A stretch of 64,000 bases of DNA. Origin: Armatimonadota bacterium. Its GTDB lineage: Bacteria; Armatimonadota; Fimbriimonadia; Fimbriimonadales; Fimbriimonadaceae. This document shows positions 31,927 through 41,984 of the stretch, piece after piece. The notes beneath the pieces are model-generated. The model ran no database searches, was not told the origin of the DNA, and saw only the letters and a program-made list of their open reading frames with translations. Made by a program: the position numbers and the translations under genes. Numbering within the stretch: the stretch's first letter is position 1; every line of letters starts with the position of its first letter. The DNA is taken from the NCBI GenBank assembly GCA_020161505.1, contig JAIUNY010000005.1, forward strand, positions 8,003-72,002. The letters run 5' to 3'.

Positions 31927-32554
31927 GCTCGGATAGTGCTGTTCGAGCATAGTCTTTGAGATCCCTATAATTCCTTGCCACCTTCCAAGCTGTGGAGCAG
32001 GCGAACGCGCATCCGCAAAGAAGCACTACTGTTCGTGCTGCCGGGCTCTCGCTAAGAGTAAGCATGCCGCTCTGGACTCCTGAGCCAATCGGTGTTTGGA
32101 AAACAGTCGGTACGAACGCGGCAACAATTGATAGTGCGATCCCAACCCATCTAGCTTGCGACACAGATTTCATCTCCTCTTCTATGTGGATGGTCTGCGT
32201 CAAGCTCAGGGTACTTGCATCGCGGAGTTGCCTCCGCTTTGCAGAATAAGCGATTGAGGAGGCAAAAATGCCTGCAAACAGCGTAGTGAGCGTGAATGGT
32301 ATGCCTCCGCCCGCCGGTGAGTGCTGCAATTGAGAGTTGAGCCTTGCGAACGCCTCTACAACCAAGAACAATGAAATCATCTGGAAGATGGCGAGCGTTC
32401 GATAGTATGTTGGATCTGACTCGAGATCGCGCTTCAAGACGATCGCGACCACAAAAGCATGTAGGGCAACAACGATAGGCCAGAGCACGCTTGCCGCAAA
32501 AATCCAAACGACGAAATTAAAGGTTAACGCCCACAAAAACTCCCAGTAACCCAT
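31913..32554 (-). CDS. Hypothetical multi-pass membrane protein with lower GC
   Basis: 213-aa ORF with about 5 hydrophobic helices and a -10-like TAATCT 6 nt upstream of the ATG. Confidence 0.6.
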   Translation of the reverse strand: MGYWEFLWALTFNFVVWIFAASVLWPIVVALHAFVVAIVLKRDLESDPTYYRTLAIFQMISLFLVVEAFARLNSQLQHSPAGGGIPFTLTTLFAGIFASSIAYSAKRRQLRDASTLSLTQTIHIEEEMKSVSQARWVGIALSIVAAFVPTVFQTPIGSGVQSGMLTLSESPAARTVVLLCGCAFACSTAWKVARNYRDLKDYARTALSEPKRG

Positions 32555-32607
32555 TTTCGAAGATTACCTAGATTCAGTTCCGCTGAACTCGCACGGGCGT
32601 CATCTGG

Positions 32608-33267
32608 CTACCGGAAGTCGGCAATCTCATCGAGCGACTTCCTGGCCAGATCCGGCACCACGCAGTCCTCGGCCGGATACCCGACCGGCATGAGGACGAA
32701 CGGCTTTTCGTACTCCGGTCGCCCGCAGATCTCTCTGAGGAAAGTCATCGGCGCAGGCGTGTGAGTCAGGCTGCATAGGCCCGCTCGGTGCAGAGCCTGG
32801 ATGAGGAACCCCACCGCGATCCCAACCGATTCGGTCATGTAGTAATTCTTCTTCCGCGATCCATCGGGCAGCCGCTCGTAGTCCTGACGAAACACGATGA
32901 TCACCCACGGCGCGGTCGTGATGTGCTCCTTCACGAAGTCGGTTCCGAAGGGGCGTAGGGCGTCCAGCCATTCCTCCGTGGCCTTCTGCTCGTAGAACTC
33001 CCGCTCCGCTTCTTCGACTTTTTCGCGCAACTGCCGCTTGGTTTCGGGATCAGAAATCGCGACGAAGAACCACGGCTGTTTGTGCGCCCCGCTTGGTGCG
33101 GTTCCCGCGATGCGGATCGCGTCCTCGATAGCCTCGCGCGGCACCGGACGGTCGGAAAACATCCTCACCGTCCTGCGGGTCTCCGCGATGTTCCGATCCT
33201 CTCTCAGCCGAGCGGCAACTTCCTCCGGAGGCACCCACTCCCGAGAATAGGGCACGAAGTCGCTCAT
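32608..33267 (-). CDS. Nitroreductase family protein, iodotyrosine deiodinase (IYD)-like
   Basis: RRTVRMFS, APSGAHKQPW, EEAEREFY, KEH, ESVGIA and LTHTP. Confidence 0.85.
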   Translation of the reverse strand: MSDFVPYSREWVPPEEVAARLREDRNIAETRRTVRMFSDRPVPREAIEDAIRIAGTAPSGAHKQPWFFVAISDPETKRQLREKVEEAEREFYEQKATEEWLDALRPFGTDFVKEHITTAPWVIIVFRQDYERLPDGSRKKNYYMTESVGIAVGFLIQALHRAGLCSLTHTPAPMTFLREICGRPEYEKPFVLMPVGYPAEDCVVPDLARKSLDEIADFR

Positions 33268-35072
33268 GCGGGTGCCTTCTCGCCGGTTTGAACCCGCCAG
33301 AGCGCGGCATAGAGCCCTCCGAGCAACAGCAGTTCATCGTGCGTCCCCGACTCGATGATCTTGCCCGCTTCCAGAACCCAAATCCGATCCGAATCGCGAA
33401 CGGTGGAAAGGCGGTGGGCCACAACCAGCGAGGTTCGCCCCTTGGTCACATGGGCCAGAGAGCGCTGGATGGCCGCTTCCGTCTCATTGTCCACCGCCGA
33501 AGTCGCCTCGTCAAGCACGAGAATCGCGGGGTCGCGCAGAATCGCCCGCGCGAGGCTGATCCGTTGCCGTTGACCTCCGCTCAGCTTCTGCCCGCGTTCG
33601 CCGACAACCGTGTCGTAACCTTGGGGAAGAGCCGCGATGAAGTCGTGGGCTTCCGCGAGTCGCGCCGCGTCCTCGATCTGCTGATCGCTCGCCGATCCAT
33701 TGCCGAACGCGATATTCTCCTTCACCGTTCCGTGGAAGAGGAACACGTCTTGGCTCACGTAGCCAATAGCCTCGCGCAGACTGGAATACCGAAGACTCTG
33801 GACATCCGTGTCATCAACACTCACCGTGCCGGAGGTCGTGTCGTGGAAGCGGAGTAAGAGGCGGAGCAAGGTCGACTTGCCGGAACCCGTCGCCCCCACC
33901 ACTGCGTGGTTCTCGCCCGCCGGAATCCGGAGCGAAATGTCGCGCAAAACCTCCACGCCGTTCCCGTAAGAGAAGTTCACATCCCGAAACTCGACGGCAC
34001 CCTGCACGGGCGCCGCGAGAGCCGTCGCGCCCTCTTGCATGGCAGGTTGAGTATCGCGGAGAGCAAAGATTCGCCGGGTCGAAGCCATCGCTCGCTGGAA
34101 TTGATCCAGCGTTTCACCGAGCCCAGTGAGCGGCCACAGCAATCGCTGCGTCATGAAGACGAGCACGGAGTAGATCGCAACCTCCATTTGCCCTTGCAGG
34201 GTCATCCAGCCCCCGACCACGAGGGTGCAGCTGAACCCGGTGAGGATCGCCATGCGGATGAGAGGGACAAACGCGGCGGAGTATCGAATCGCCTCACGGT
34301 TCGCCTCGCGGTATGCCTGACTGACCCGGGTGATCCGCGCCGCCTCCGTCGTTTCGGCCGTGTAGGCCTTGATCGTCGTGATGCCGCTGAGATTCGTCGT
34401 GAGGGCCGAAGACATCTCGGCAACCGCCTCCCGAACCCCGGCATACCGAGGCTTCAGCCGCTTCTGATAGGTGATGGATCCGAAGATGATGATCGGAATC
34501 GGGAGGAAGGCAAGCAGCGTAACGAGCCACGAACTCGCCGCGAAAACCGCCCCAACGAGTACGATGTTCCAAAAGAGGGCGATGATCGACGAGGCCCCGC
34601 CGTCGAGAAACCGCTCCAATTGGTTGATATCATCATTCAAGATGCTGAGAATGCCGCCACTGCTCGTGTCCTCGAACCACGCAACCTCGAGCCCTTGGAC
34701 ATGAGTGTACGTTTCGCTCCGGATCTCATGCTCGAGGGTTTGCGAGAGGTTCCGCCACGTCGTCGCGGAGAGATAGCCAAAGACGCTTTCGAGAATCCAA
34801 ACGCAAGCGTTGAGAACCGCGAGCACGAGCAGCTGTTGCCACCGATCGTCGATCCCGAAGACCGTGGCGACCAGCGAGTCTTGCCCGCGCACGACCACAT
34901 CAATCACCGCGCCGATGAGCACTTCTGGCACCACGTCCATCACCTTGCCCATGGTGGTGTAGAAACTTGCGAGGATCACCGTGCGGCGATGCGGGCGCGC
35001 GTATTGCCAGAGCCGCTTGAGCCCCGCTCCATCGGGGCCCGCAGAGGCTTCGGCAAGGGAAGGGGAAGACAT
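33264..35072 (-). CDS. ABC transporter fused permease/ATPase (exporter type)
   Basis: TMD followed by GATGSGKS, LSGGQRQR and DEATSAVD. Start placed at ATG 35072. Confidence 0.93.
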   Translation of the reverse strand: MSSPSLAEASAGPDGAGLKRLWQYARPHRRTVILASFYTTMGKVMDVVPEVLIGAVIDVVVRGQDSLVATVFGIDDRWQQLLVLAVLNACVWILESVFGYLSATTWRNLSQTLEHEIRSETYTHVQGLEVAWFEDTSSGGILSILNDDINQLERFLDGGASSIIALFWNIVLVGAVFAASSWLVTLLAFLPIPIIIFGSITYQKRLKPRYAGVREAVAEMSSALTTNLSGITTIKAYTAETTEAARITRVSQAYREANREAIRYSAAFVPLIRMAILTGFSCTLVVGGWMTLQGQMEVAIYSVLVFMTQRLLWPLTGLGETLDQFQRAMASTRRIFALRDTQPAMQEGATALAAPVQGAVEFRDVNFSYGNGVEVLRDISLRIPAGENHAVVGATGSGKSTLLRLLLRFHDTTSGTVSVDDTDVQSLRYSSLREAIGYVSQDVFLFHGTVKENIAFGNGSASDQQIEDAARLAEAHDFIAALPQGYDTVVGERGQKLSGGQRQRISLARAILRDPAILVLDEATSAVDNETEAAIQRSLAHVTKGRTSLVVAHRLSTVRDSDRIWVLEAGKIIESGTHDELLLLGGLYAALWRVQTGEKAPA

Positions 35073-35119
35073 AGGATTATCGTGGCACAGCGACCATCGT
35101 TCCGGCGGGCATTTGCTGC

Positions 35120-35168
35120 GGCAAAAAACAAGGAACTCCAGCTTCCGCAAAGAAGGGAAGCTGGAGTT
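35120..35168 (-). terminator. Terminator of the PEP-CTERM gene
   Basis: 13-bp perfect stem AACTCCAGCTTCC/GGAAGCTGGAGTT followed on the minus strand by CCTTGTTTTTT. Confidence 0.75.
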
Positions 35169-35190
35169 GTAAGCGCGAGGCGCGGAGAGC

Positions 35191-35997
35191 TTAGCTCTTG
35201 CGTCGTCGTCGAGCGGCCAGCGCGCCGAGAGCGAGCAGGGTCATCGTCGCCGGCTCAGGGACAGCTTGGATGGCGATCTCATATTCGCCAGCCGTGATCG
35301 CGCCGAGCGATGTCACCGCACCGGTGGTCAGGTTGACCGTACCGTAGGTGTTCGTACCGCTGCCGGTGTAGACCGCCGCGATCAGCGTGTCGGTAGACCA
35401 GTCGAAGTCCATGCCTTGCGCGAAGTTCGCAGCCAGGCCGTGCGTCGGCAACCAAGTCGTCGCGCCGGTGCTGATGTTGACTTGGCCGAACGCATCGTTG
35501 GTGATGCCGTGAGCCCACAGTTCGCCGTTTCCGCGAGCCGCGATGTCGATGACAATCCTATTGACGTCGGCATCCATCAAACCGATCAGAGTCGTTGCCC
35601 CAGTGGAAACATTGAGGCTATGGAGTTGCGAACCAACTCCCGACACAAATGTGCTGACGAAGGCATTGCCTGACGGGTCGAAGGTGAGTCCCGTGAACCC
35701 GGTGGTAGCACTCCCCGTAACGCTCACCGTACTCAGCACTGATCCGTTAGCGAGGTTCAGCTGATCAAGGGCACCAGTATCGCGAAGGCCGTACAGATTG
35801 GTCTGAGAGGCATTGAAGTCGAGGCCGAAATAGCTTGGCGTGAAACCGGTGGCAAGCACGGTTTGAGAGCTCGGCGTTGTGTGGTCGAAGCTCACGAATC
35901 GATCGCCGCGCACGTCGACAGCAAAAACGGGGGAAGCAGAGGCCGAAGCCGCAAGAGCCATACCAGCGAAGCCCAACAGGGCAGAGAGGGATTTCAT
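35191..35997 (-). CDS. PEP-CTERM sorting domain protein with a beta-propeller-like body
   Basis: Signal peptide, repeats GLDF/GLTFD/GMDFD with xNLxTGAxT, and VPEPATMTLLALGALAARRRRK. Confidence 0.88.
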   Translation of the reverse strand: MKSLSALLGFAGMALAASASASPVFAVDVRGDRFVSFDHTTPSSQTVLATGFTPSYFGLDFNASQTNLYGLRDTGALDQLNLANGSVLSTVSVTGSATTGFTGLTFDPSGNAFVSTFVSGVGSQLHSLNVSTGATTLIGLMDADVNRIVIDIAARGNGELWAHGITNDAFGQVNISTGATTWLPTHGLAANFAQGMDFDWSTDTLIAAVYTGSGTNTYGTVNLTTGAVTSLGAITAGEYEIAIQAVPEPATMTLLALGALAARRRRKS

Positions 35998-36259
35998 ATT
36001 CATTCTCCGAAAAAACAACGCAACCAGAAGCCACGTACTCCGGTCACTCTAGCAGAGATCGTCAGAGAAAAGTGAAATGGGGACCGAAAGAAATTGATTT
36101 GTGAAGGAAACGCCGTAAAAATACCATAGTAGATTTACGGTTGTCCCTCTTTATCGGGACGGAGGTCAAGTTCTGTGATCCGCCGAACAAGAAAGCTCCT
36201 CTCACATTTCCTCCGAAAATCTGCGCGTCTTCAGGGGTGGTCGCCCCCATAATGGGGGC

Positions 36260-37120
36260 ATGGAGAACCTCACTCGGCGCGACCTGATGACCCTGGCGGC
36301 AGGAGCCGCAAGCTCCTCTCTGTTCCGACTTCCTCTGGATGCCGCAGAGGAGAAGCCAGCCCCTGCGGGTCGCCTCAAGCAGTCAGTCTGCCGCTGGTGC
36401 TACGGCGGCATGGATCTCCGCGAACTCGCGCGAAAAGCGAAAGCAATGGGCATCGTGAGCGTCGAGCTCCTCAGTGAGAATGAGTGGTCGGTGGTGAAGG
36501 AAGAAGGCATGCAATGCGCCATCGCCAACGGCCCGGGAGGCATCGGGGTGGGCTGGAACCGCATCGAGCAGCACGACAAACTGGTGGCGGAATCCGAGCG
36601 CCTGCTCCCCCTCATCGCCGCTGCCGGAATCCCGCAAATGATCGTCTTCAGCGGGAACCGCCGCGGTCTGCCCGATATCGACGGAATCAAGAACTGCGCC
36701 CTCGGCTTGAAACGCATCACCCCGATGGCGGAGAAGCTCGGAGTCACCATCATCATGGAGCTCCTCAACAGCCGGGTGGATCACGGCGACTATCAATGCG
36801 ACCGCACCGAATGGGGAGCGAACTTGGTGGAAGAAGTGGGCTCCGATCGGTTCAAGCTCCTCTACGATATCTATCACATGCAGATCATGGAGGGCGATGT
36901 CATTCGCACGATTGAGCGGCACAAGAACGCGATCGGCCACTTCCACACCGGCGGAAACCCTGGCCGCAACGAAATCGACGAGACCCAGGAGCTGAACTAT
37001 CGCCGAATCGCGCAGGCGATTGCCGACATGGGTTTCCAAGGCTACTTCGCACACGAATTCATCCCGCGCAAAGACCCGATGACCTCCCTGGCGCAAGCGG
37101 TCAAGCTCTGCACGGTGTAG
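36260..37120 (+). CDS. Hydroxypyruvate isomerase family TIM-barrel protein with a Tat-like signal
   Basis: TRRDL twin-Arg motif, KQSVCRWC, MELLNS, LYDIYHMQIMEGD, GHFHTGGNPGRNE and HEF. Confidence 0.88.
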   Translation: MENLTRRDLMTLAAGAASSSLFRLPLDAAEEKPAPAGRLKQSVCRWCYGGMDLRELARKAKAMGIVSVELLSENEWSVVKEEGMQCAIANGPGGIGVGWNRIEQHDKLVAESERLLPLIAAAGIPQMIVFSGNRRGLPDIDGIKNCALGLKRITPMAEKLGVTIIMELLNSRVDHGDYQCDRTEWGANLVEEVGSDRFKLLYDIYHMQIMEGDVIRTIERHKNAIGHFHTGGNPGRNEIDETQELNYRRIAQAIADMGFQGYFAHEFIPRKDPMTSLAQAVKLCTV

Positions 37121-37259
37121 GTGACGTAAAGGTCAAGGCTCGTGTGGGTGCCCCGATCCCTTCAGGGTCGGGAACCCTGCCTCTCGAGGCACCCACACAA
37201 ATGAATAGCCGCCCGCACCGAGGGGTGCGAGCGGCTAGTCAGTTCGAGACCCTTCCGAC

Positions 37260-39788
37260 CTACTCCTCGTCGAGCGATTGAGAGGCGGTGTCGCGGGCTT
37301 GCCGGCGACGCTTGATCGTGCCGTACTGGCTGCCCGAACCTGCTTCGCCTGGAGCCACGCCTCCGCCGACCCCACCTGCCGGGGAAGCCAGGACTTGCGA
37401 GGCCCGCAGAGTGGCCTCTTGATGAGCTTCCGCGATCAGACCTGCCGATTCGCCCTTGCGCTTCATCACCGCCTTGTCCCACAGATACAGGATCGGGGAG
37501 GCGTTGAAGATCGAGCTGTAGGTTCCAATGATGATGCCGAGCAGCATCGTCAAACACATGAACTTGAGCTCAGGAGTCGGCGTGCCGTAGAAGATCAGAA
37601 GGGTCAGAGTGAGGATCGCCGTGAACGACGTGTTGATCGAGCGGGCAATTGTCTGGGTGACCGAGCGATCAACCATGTGACCAAACGTTTCGCCCTTGGA
37701 CGCCTTGCGCAGATTCTCTCGAATTCGGTCGAACACAACAATCGTGTCGTGAACCGAGAAGCCAATCACGGTGAGCATCGCGGTGATGAAGAGGGAACTG
37801 ATTTCCCATCCAAACACCAAGCCCACGAGAGCCGCCGCACCGATGACAAAGAGAACGTCGTGGAGCAGGGCCGCCACGGCAGAGAGACCGAACTTCAGAC
37901 CGTTCTTTATGCCGCCCAGCGCGAATCCGAAGCGAACCGCCAGGTAGATCACGATGAATCCGGTGGAGAGGAGAATGCCGAGAATGGCGTTCTGAATCGT
38001 CTCCTTCTGGAAGCTCGGACCCACGCTGCTGACGCCTGCGTCTTCGATGGGAAGCCCCAGATCAGTCGCGACCGTTTGCTTGGCGTTCGGATCCTCGGTC
38101 TTGATCTTTCCGCCATCAGGAATCGTGATGTAGACGCGCTTCAGGTTGTCCACTTGGGCGAACTTGAGGTTGTAGCCCTCGTAGCCCGCTTTCTCCAGAC
38201 TCTGTCGAACCTGGCCTTCAGTGACGTTGGCGGGCATCGAGAAATCGAACTCAAAGCCACCTTGGAACTCGACGTTCGGCTTGATGCCTCCCATCGCAAT
38301 CGCAATCACGCCCGGGATGATGAGGCCGACGGAAATGCCGAACCACATCTTCATCTTGCCAATCACCGGGATCACGCGGCCATCCGCGCTCTGCTCCATC
38401 TTCTCGCCGAAGAGCGATCGGTTGAGGGCGTACCACTTTTCGTTGGTGCCAATCCCCAGGCTTGTGAGGCCGAGCAGCAGGGTGCGCGTCACCACAATCG
38501 CGGTGAAGAAGCTGATGAGAACACCGACGATCAGCGTCGTTGCAAAGCCCTTGACGGCTGAGGTTCCCAGCGTCCACAGGACAAGCGATGTGATGATCGT
38601 ACAGACGTTGGAGTCCAAGATCGCGGAGAACGCTCGCTTGAATCCAAGCTCGATCGCCGTGAGGAGCTTGCGGCCATTGCGGATTTCTTCCTTCACCCGC
38701 TCGAACACGAGGATGTTGGCGTCCACCGCCATCGCCGCACTGAGGATCAAACCAGCGATCGCGGCAAGGCTAAACGTGGCCCCCATAAACTTGAGCACCG
38801 TGATGGTGAACAAGGTGTAGAGCACCATCGCCACCGCAGCGATGATGCCAGGGAAAGCATAGTAGAAAATGAGGTAGGCGCAGATGATGCCAAGGCTGAT
38901 GAAACCCGCCACGATCATCTGATCAAACGCCTTTTGGCCAATCGTCGGCGACAGGCTCTGGCTGGACAGCTCGTTGAGCTTCACCGGAAGCGAACCGGAC
39001 TTGATGAGCTCGGTCAGCGTCGTCACGAACTTCGGATCAAACTCTCCGTCGATGAACGCTTCATCCCGCAGGATCGCTCCATCCTTGATCGGCGCAATCT
39101 GCAGAACGCGCCCATCGAGCACGAACGCAATTTTTTCGCCTTTGTTGAGGTTCTGGCGGCTAAATCGCTCGAGATTCTCGGCACCCTTGCCTCCAAATCG
39201 GAACACGGGCTGGTTGCGATTGCCGTTCACCTGGACACCGGCATCGACGACATCTTCGCCTTCCAGAATCAGCTTCCAACCCTTCAGCATCCGGTCGTAA
39301 TCGGGGCTGCCCGGGGCAAAGGTGCGAGTGCTGTCGCTGGCACGAGCGAACTCGACATAGGGCGCCGGGCCATCCGTGTTGGTTCCAGCTTCGCTGTAAA
39401 GACGTGAACGGGATTCGGTTGAGACGTTCGCGGCGTGGAACACCTGAACCTTCGCCGTGTTGGAGAGAATACTCCTGGCTTCCTGCAGATCAGTCGCCCC
39501 GGGGATTTCGACGACAAACTGGTTGTCACCCTTCGTCGAGACCGTGCCTTCGACCACGCCGAGAGCCGCGCTCACGCGGTTTTCGAGGATGCGGCGAAGC
39601 CTCGCCTGAACCTCGGTCATGTTCTGCCGTTGTTCCGCAGAGAGATCCGAGTCATCGATCTCGTAGACCAAGCGAACACCACCAGCAACGTCAAGACCCT
39701 TGACGAGTTTGGTGTTCTGATAACCGAAGATCGACGCTGCTGCGAGCAAGACGACGATCAAAATAAACCAGGCGTTTCGTGACTGCAA
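37260..39788 (-). CDS. secDF: Fused protein translocase SecDF
   Basis: KGLDVAGG, AMAVDANILVFERVKEE, EFQGG, GFSVHDTIVVFDRIRE and GTYSSIF. Confidence 0.95.
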   Translation of the reverse strand: MQSRNAWFILIVVLLAAASIFGYQNTKLVKGLDVAGGVRLVYEIDDSDLSAEQRQNMTEVQARLRRILENRVSAALGVVEGTVSTKGDNQFVVEIPGATDLQEARSILSNTAKVQVFHAANVSTESRSRLYSEAGTNTDGPAPYVEFARASDSTRTFAPGSPDYDRMLKGWKLILEGEDVVDAGVQVNGNRNQPVFRFGGKGAENLERFSRQNLNKGEKIAFVLDGRVLQIAPIKDGAILRDEAFIDGEFDPKFVTTLTELIKSGSLPVKLNELSSQSLSPTIGQKAFDQMIVAGFISLGIICAYLIFYYAFPGIIAAVAMVLYTLFTITVLKFMGATFSLAAIAGLILSAAMAVDANILVFERVKEEIRNGRKLLTAIELGFKRAFSAILDSNVCTIITSLVLWTLGTSAVKGFATTLIVGVLISFFTAIVVTRTLLLGLTSLGIGTNEKWYALNRSLFGEKMEQSADGRVIPVIGKMKMWFGISVGLIIPGVIAIAMGGIKPNVEFQGGFEFDFSMPANVTEGQVRQSLEKAGYEGYNLKFAQVDNLKRVYITIPDGGKIKTEDPNAKQTVATDLGLPIEDAGVSSVGPSFQKETIQNAILGILLSTGFIVIYLAVRFGFALGGIKNGLKFGLSAVAALLHDVLFVIGAAALVGLVFGWEISSLFITAMLTVIGFSVHDTIVVFDRIRENLRKASKGETFGHMVDRSVTQTIARSINTSFTAILTLTLLIFYGTPTPELKFMCLTMLLGIIIGTYSSIFNASPILYLWDKAVMKRKGESAGLIAEAHQEATLRASQVLASPAGGVGGGVAPGEAGSGSQYGTIKRRRQARDTASQSLDEE

Positions 39789-39870
39789 GGAGGGTTCCTC
39801 CGGCCCAAGGGCCAGCGCGATATGTTACCCCGCGCCTCAGTCAGGACTCCGGGCGAGGCAGGGGATGGGA

Positions 39871-40596
39871 CTACTGCGGAATCGATCCGGAGATTCGTTG
39901 ATATTTCCCCGCAATATCCGTGGGGAGCATGAAATCGGCGAGGGCGATCGTGGCCTTAAAGTTCTCATCGGAAAGGAAGCCCACGATCTGGCTTCGCCCA
40001 TCCGCGGTGGCCTTTTCCAGCTCGAACCGCCGAACTACCCAGGTGCCTTCGTCGAACCACTGGGTGAACACCACGGTCGAAGCACCGTCCGAAGTCCGGG
40101 CCGTCGCCACGTACTTGTGAAGCCTGCGCCCGTCGACCGTCTCCAGCGTCGGCGCAGAGGTCTGTGGATTCGGGTCGGCCGCGAAGCGCGGTCCCATTTC
40201 ATTCAGTTGAACATTGACGCGACCTGGCTCCACAAAGAGAGGCTTGAAGGCAGGTTTCAGATCAAGCCCACCTTCGGGTTCCTCCAAAACGTACTGCCGT
40301 GTCATGTGGTTGGCCGTCCAGCGCGACTTGTTCGTCCACCCCGTCTCCACGACCGGCTGACCATCTTGAAGCACCTTCACCCGGCGGCCCTGACCGCTCA
40401 GCACCATTTCAATCGCTTGCCTCATCCCCACCCCTTCGCTCGGCAGGGTGACCATCACGTACGTGCCTTTGAAAGAAGCAAGATTGCTATAGGCGCGAAA
40501 CTTTTCTTCCTCAATCTGCTCAAATCGAGCAGGTTGCCCCGGTTGGAGTTGGGGTTGACCTGTGAGCAAAAGGGTGCCAAGAGCAACGGCAAGCAT
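39871..40596 (-). CDS. Secreted hypothetical protein, possibly LolA-like beta fold
   Basis: Short signal peptide, beta-strand-rich sequence, WFDEGTW.VRRF and C-terminal DFMLP. Fold is a guess. Confidence 0.55.
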   Translation of the reverse strand: MLAVALGTLLLTGQPQLQPGQPARFEQIEEEKFRAYSNLASFKGTYVMVTLPSEGVGMRQAIEMVLSGQGRRVKVLQDGQPVVETGWTNKSRWTANHMTRQYVLEEPEGGLDLKPAFKPLFVEPGRVNVQLNEMGPRFAADPNPQTSAPTLETVDGRRLHKYVATARTSDGASTVVFTQWFDEGTWVVRRFELEKATADGRSQIVGFLSDENFKATIALADFMLPTDIAGKYQRISGSIPQ

Positions 40597-40673
40597 CGAG
40601 AATTCAGACGACGTTCGCCCGAAGATGTGTCACGAATTGGGACGCTTAGCTCGGTATTTCCACGGATCCCCGG

Positions 40674-41693
40674 CTAGGCAGCGGTGGGAATCGTGCCTTC
40701 CTGATCCATTTGACCGAGCAATTCCAAGAATTTCTCGACCAGTTCCGGCTGAAAATGCTTGCCGCTCTCGGCCAGGATGTGGCTTCGCACCGTGGCTTGG
40801 GAAAGTGCCTTTCGATACGGACGATCGAAACTCAGAGCGTCCCAGACATCGACGAGCGCGAAGAGCCGGGCCTCAAAGGGGATGCTCTCTCCGCTCAGGT
40901 GGAACGGATATCCCGTGCCATCCCACTTTTCATGGTGATACACCGGAATCGGGAGAGCCGCCCTCAGATACTCAATGGGGTAGAGCATCTCGTGGGCGTG
41001 CATCGGGTGCTTTTCGATAATCCGCCGCTCATCCATCGTGAGAGCGCCAGGCTTCTTGAGGATGCCATCGGGCACGGCGAGTTTGCCGATATCGTGAAGC
41101 AAGGCGCCGCGCCAGATATGAGGATGCAGCTCGGTGGGGACTTCCACATACTTCGCGAGCCGCATGGTCATGTTCGCGACCCGAATCGAGTGCCCTTCAG
41201 TCTCCTGATCACGCAGGTCAAGCGCCTTGACCCATCCTTGGATGGTCATGTCGTAGGCATGCTGGACCTTATTGAAGGCGTGCGCAATCTCGTTTCGCTG
41301 CTCGGCGAGCTTACGGAAGCGATTAAGCTTCATCACGTTCCGGATCATCGCGCGCAGTTCGGCCTTGTTGTACGGCTTTTGCACGACGTCATCCGCACCC
41401 ATCTCAAACGCCTTGATCCGGAGCTCGACATCAGCGAGGCCGGTCACCATCACAACGGGGAGGTCGGCGATCGCCTTGGTGCGGCGGATTCGATCGATCA
41501 AGGCCCAGGATTCGACTCCCGCGTAGGCCAAATCGACAATCACCAGATCAGGGGCGTGATCCATGATGGAGTCGAAGGCGCGCAGAGGGTCGCTCTCGGC
41601 GCAGAAATGCACTTCTTCAAGATCAATATGTTGTTGCAGATGGGAAATCCCCTGAAGGGAGTCATCCACAATCATGATCAGACTACGTTCCAT
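40674..41693 (-). CDS. Response regulator with an HD-GYP c-di-GMP phosphodiesterase domain
   Basis: IVDD and IVDL receiver motifs, ETEGHS, LLHDIGK, HHEKWDGTGYP and VWDAL..DRPYRKA. Confidence 0.94.
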   Translation of the reverse strand: MERSLIMIVDDSLQGISHLQQHIDLEEVHFCAESDPLRAFDSIMDHAPDLVIVDLAYAGVESWALIDRIRRTKAIADLPVVMVTGLADVELRIKAFEMGADDVVQKPYNKAELRAMIRNVMKLNRFRKLAEQRNEIAHAFNKVQHAYDMTIQGWVKALDLRDQETEGHSIRVANMTMRLAKYVEVPTELHPHIWRGALLHDIGKLAVPDGILKKPGALTMDERRIIEKHPMHAHEMLYPIEYLRAALPIPVYHHEKWDGTGYPFHLSGESIPFEARLFALVDVWDALSFDRPYRKALSQATVRSHILAESGKHFQPELVEKFLELLGQMDQEGTIPTAA

Positions 41694-41984
41694 AGCTCAA
41701 GCGGGGCACACGAGATGTCGAAGCGACCAAGCTCCGGTTCTTTTATCGGGAGGGATGAGAGCTCCATTTAGGCCCGCCAGGCCACCCGATGAAATAAAGA
41801 TGTTGCTGATTTATCTAACTGTGCAATAACGTTCCGGCACGAAGGGACATCCTTCCGAATTCGAGACAATTCTCAGGCCGGTGGCAGACTGGTCCTAGCC
41901 TCGGTTGAAAGACGCGGCTCGTCGGTGTCACACTCTGGGGCCCGGTGCGTCCTTTTTGGGCGTCTCACCGCGCGAGGTTTGGAC

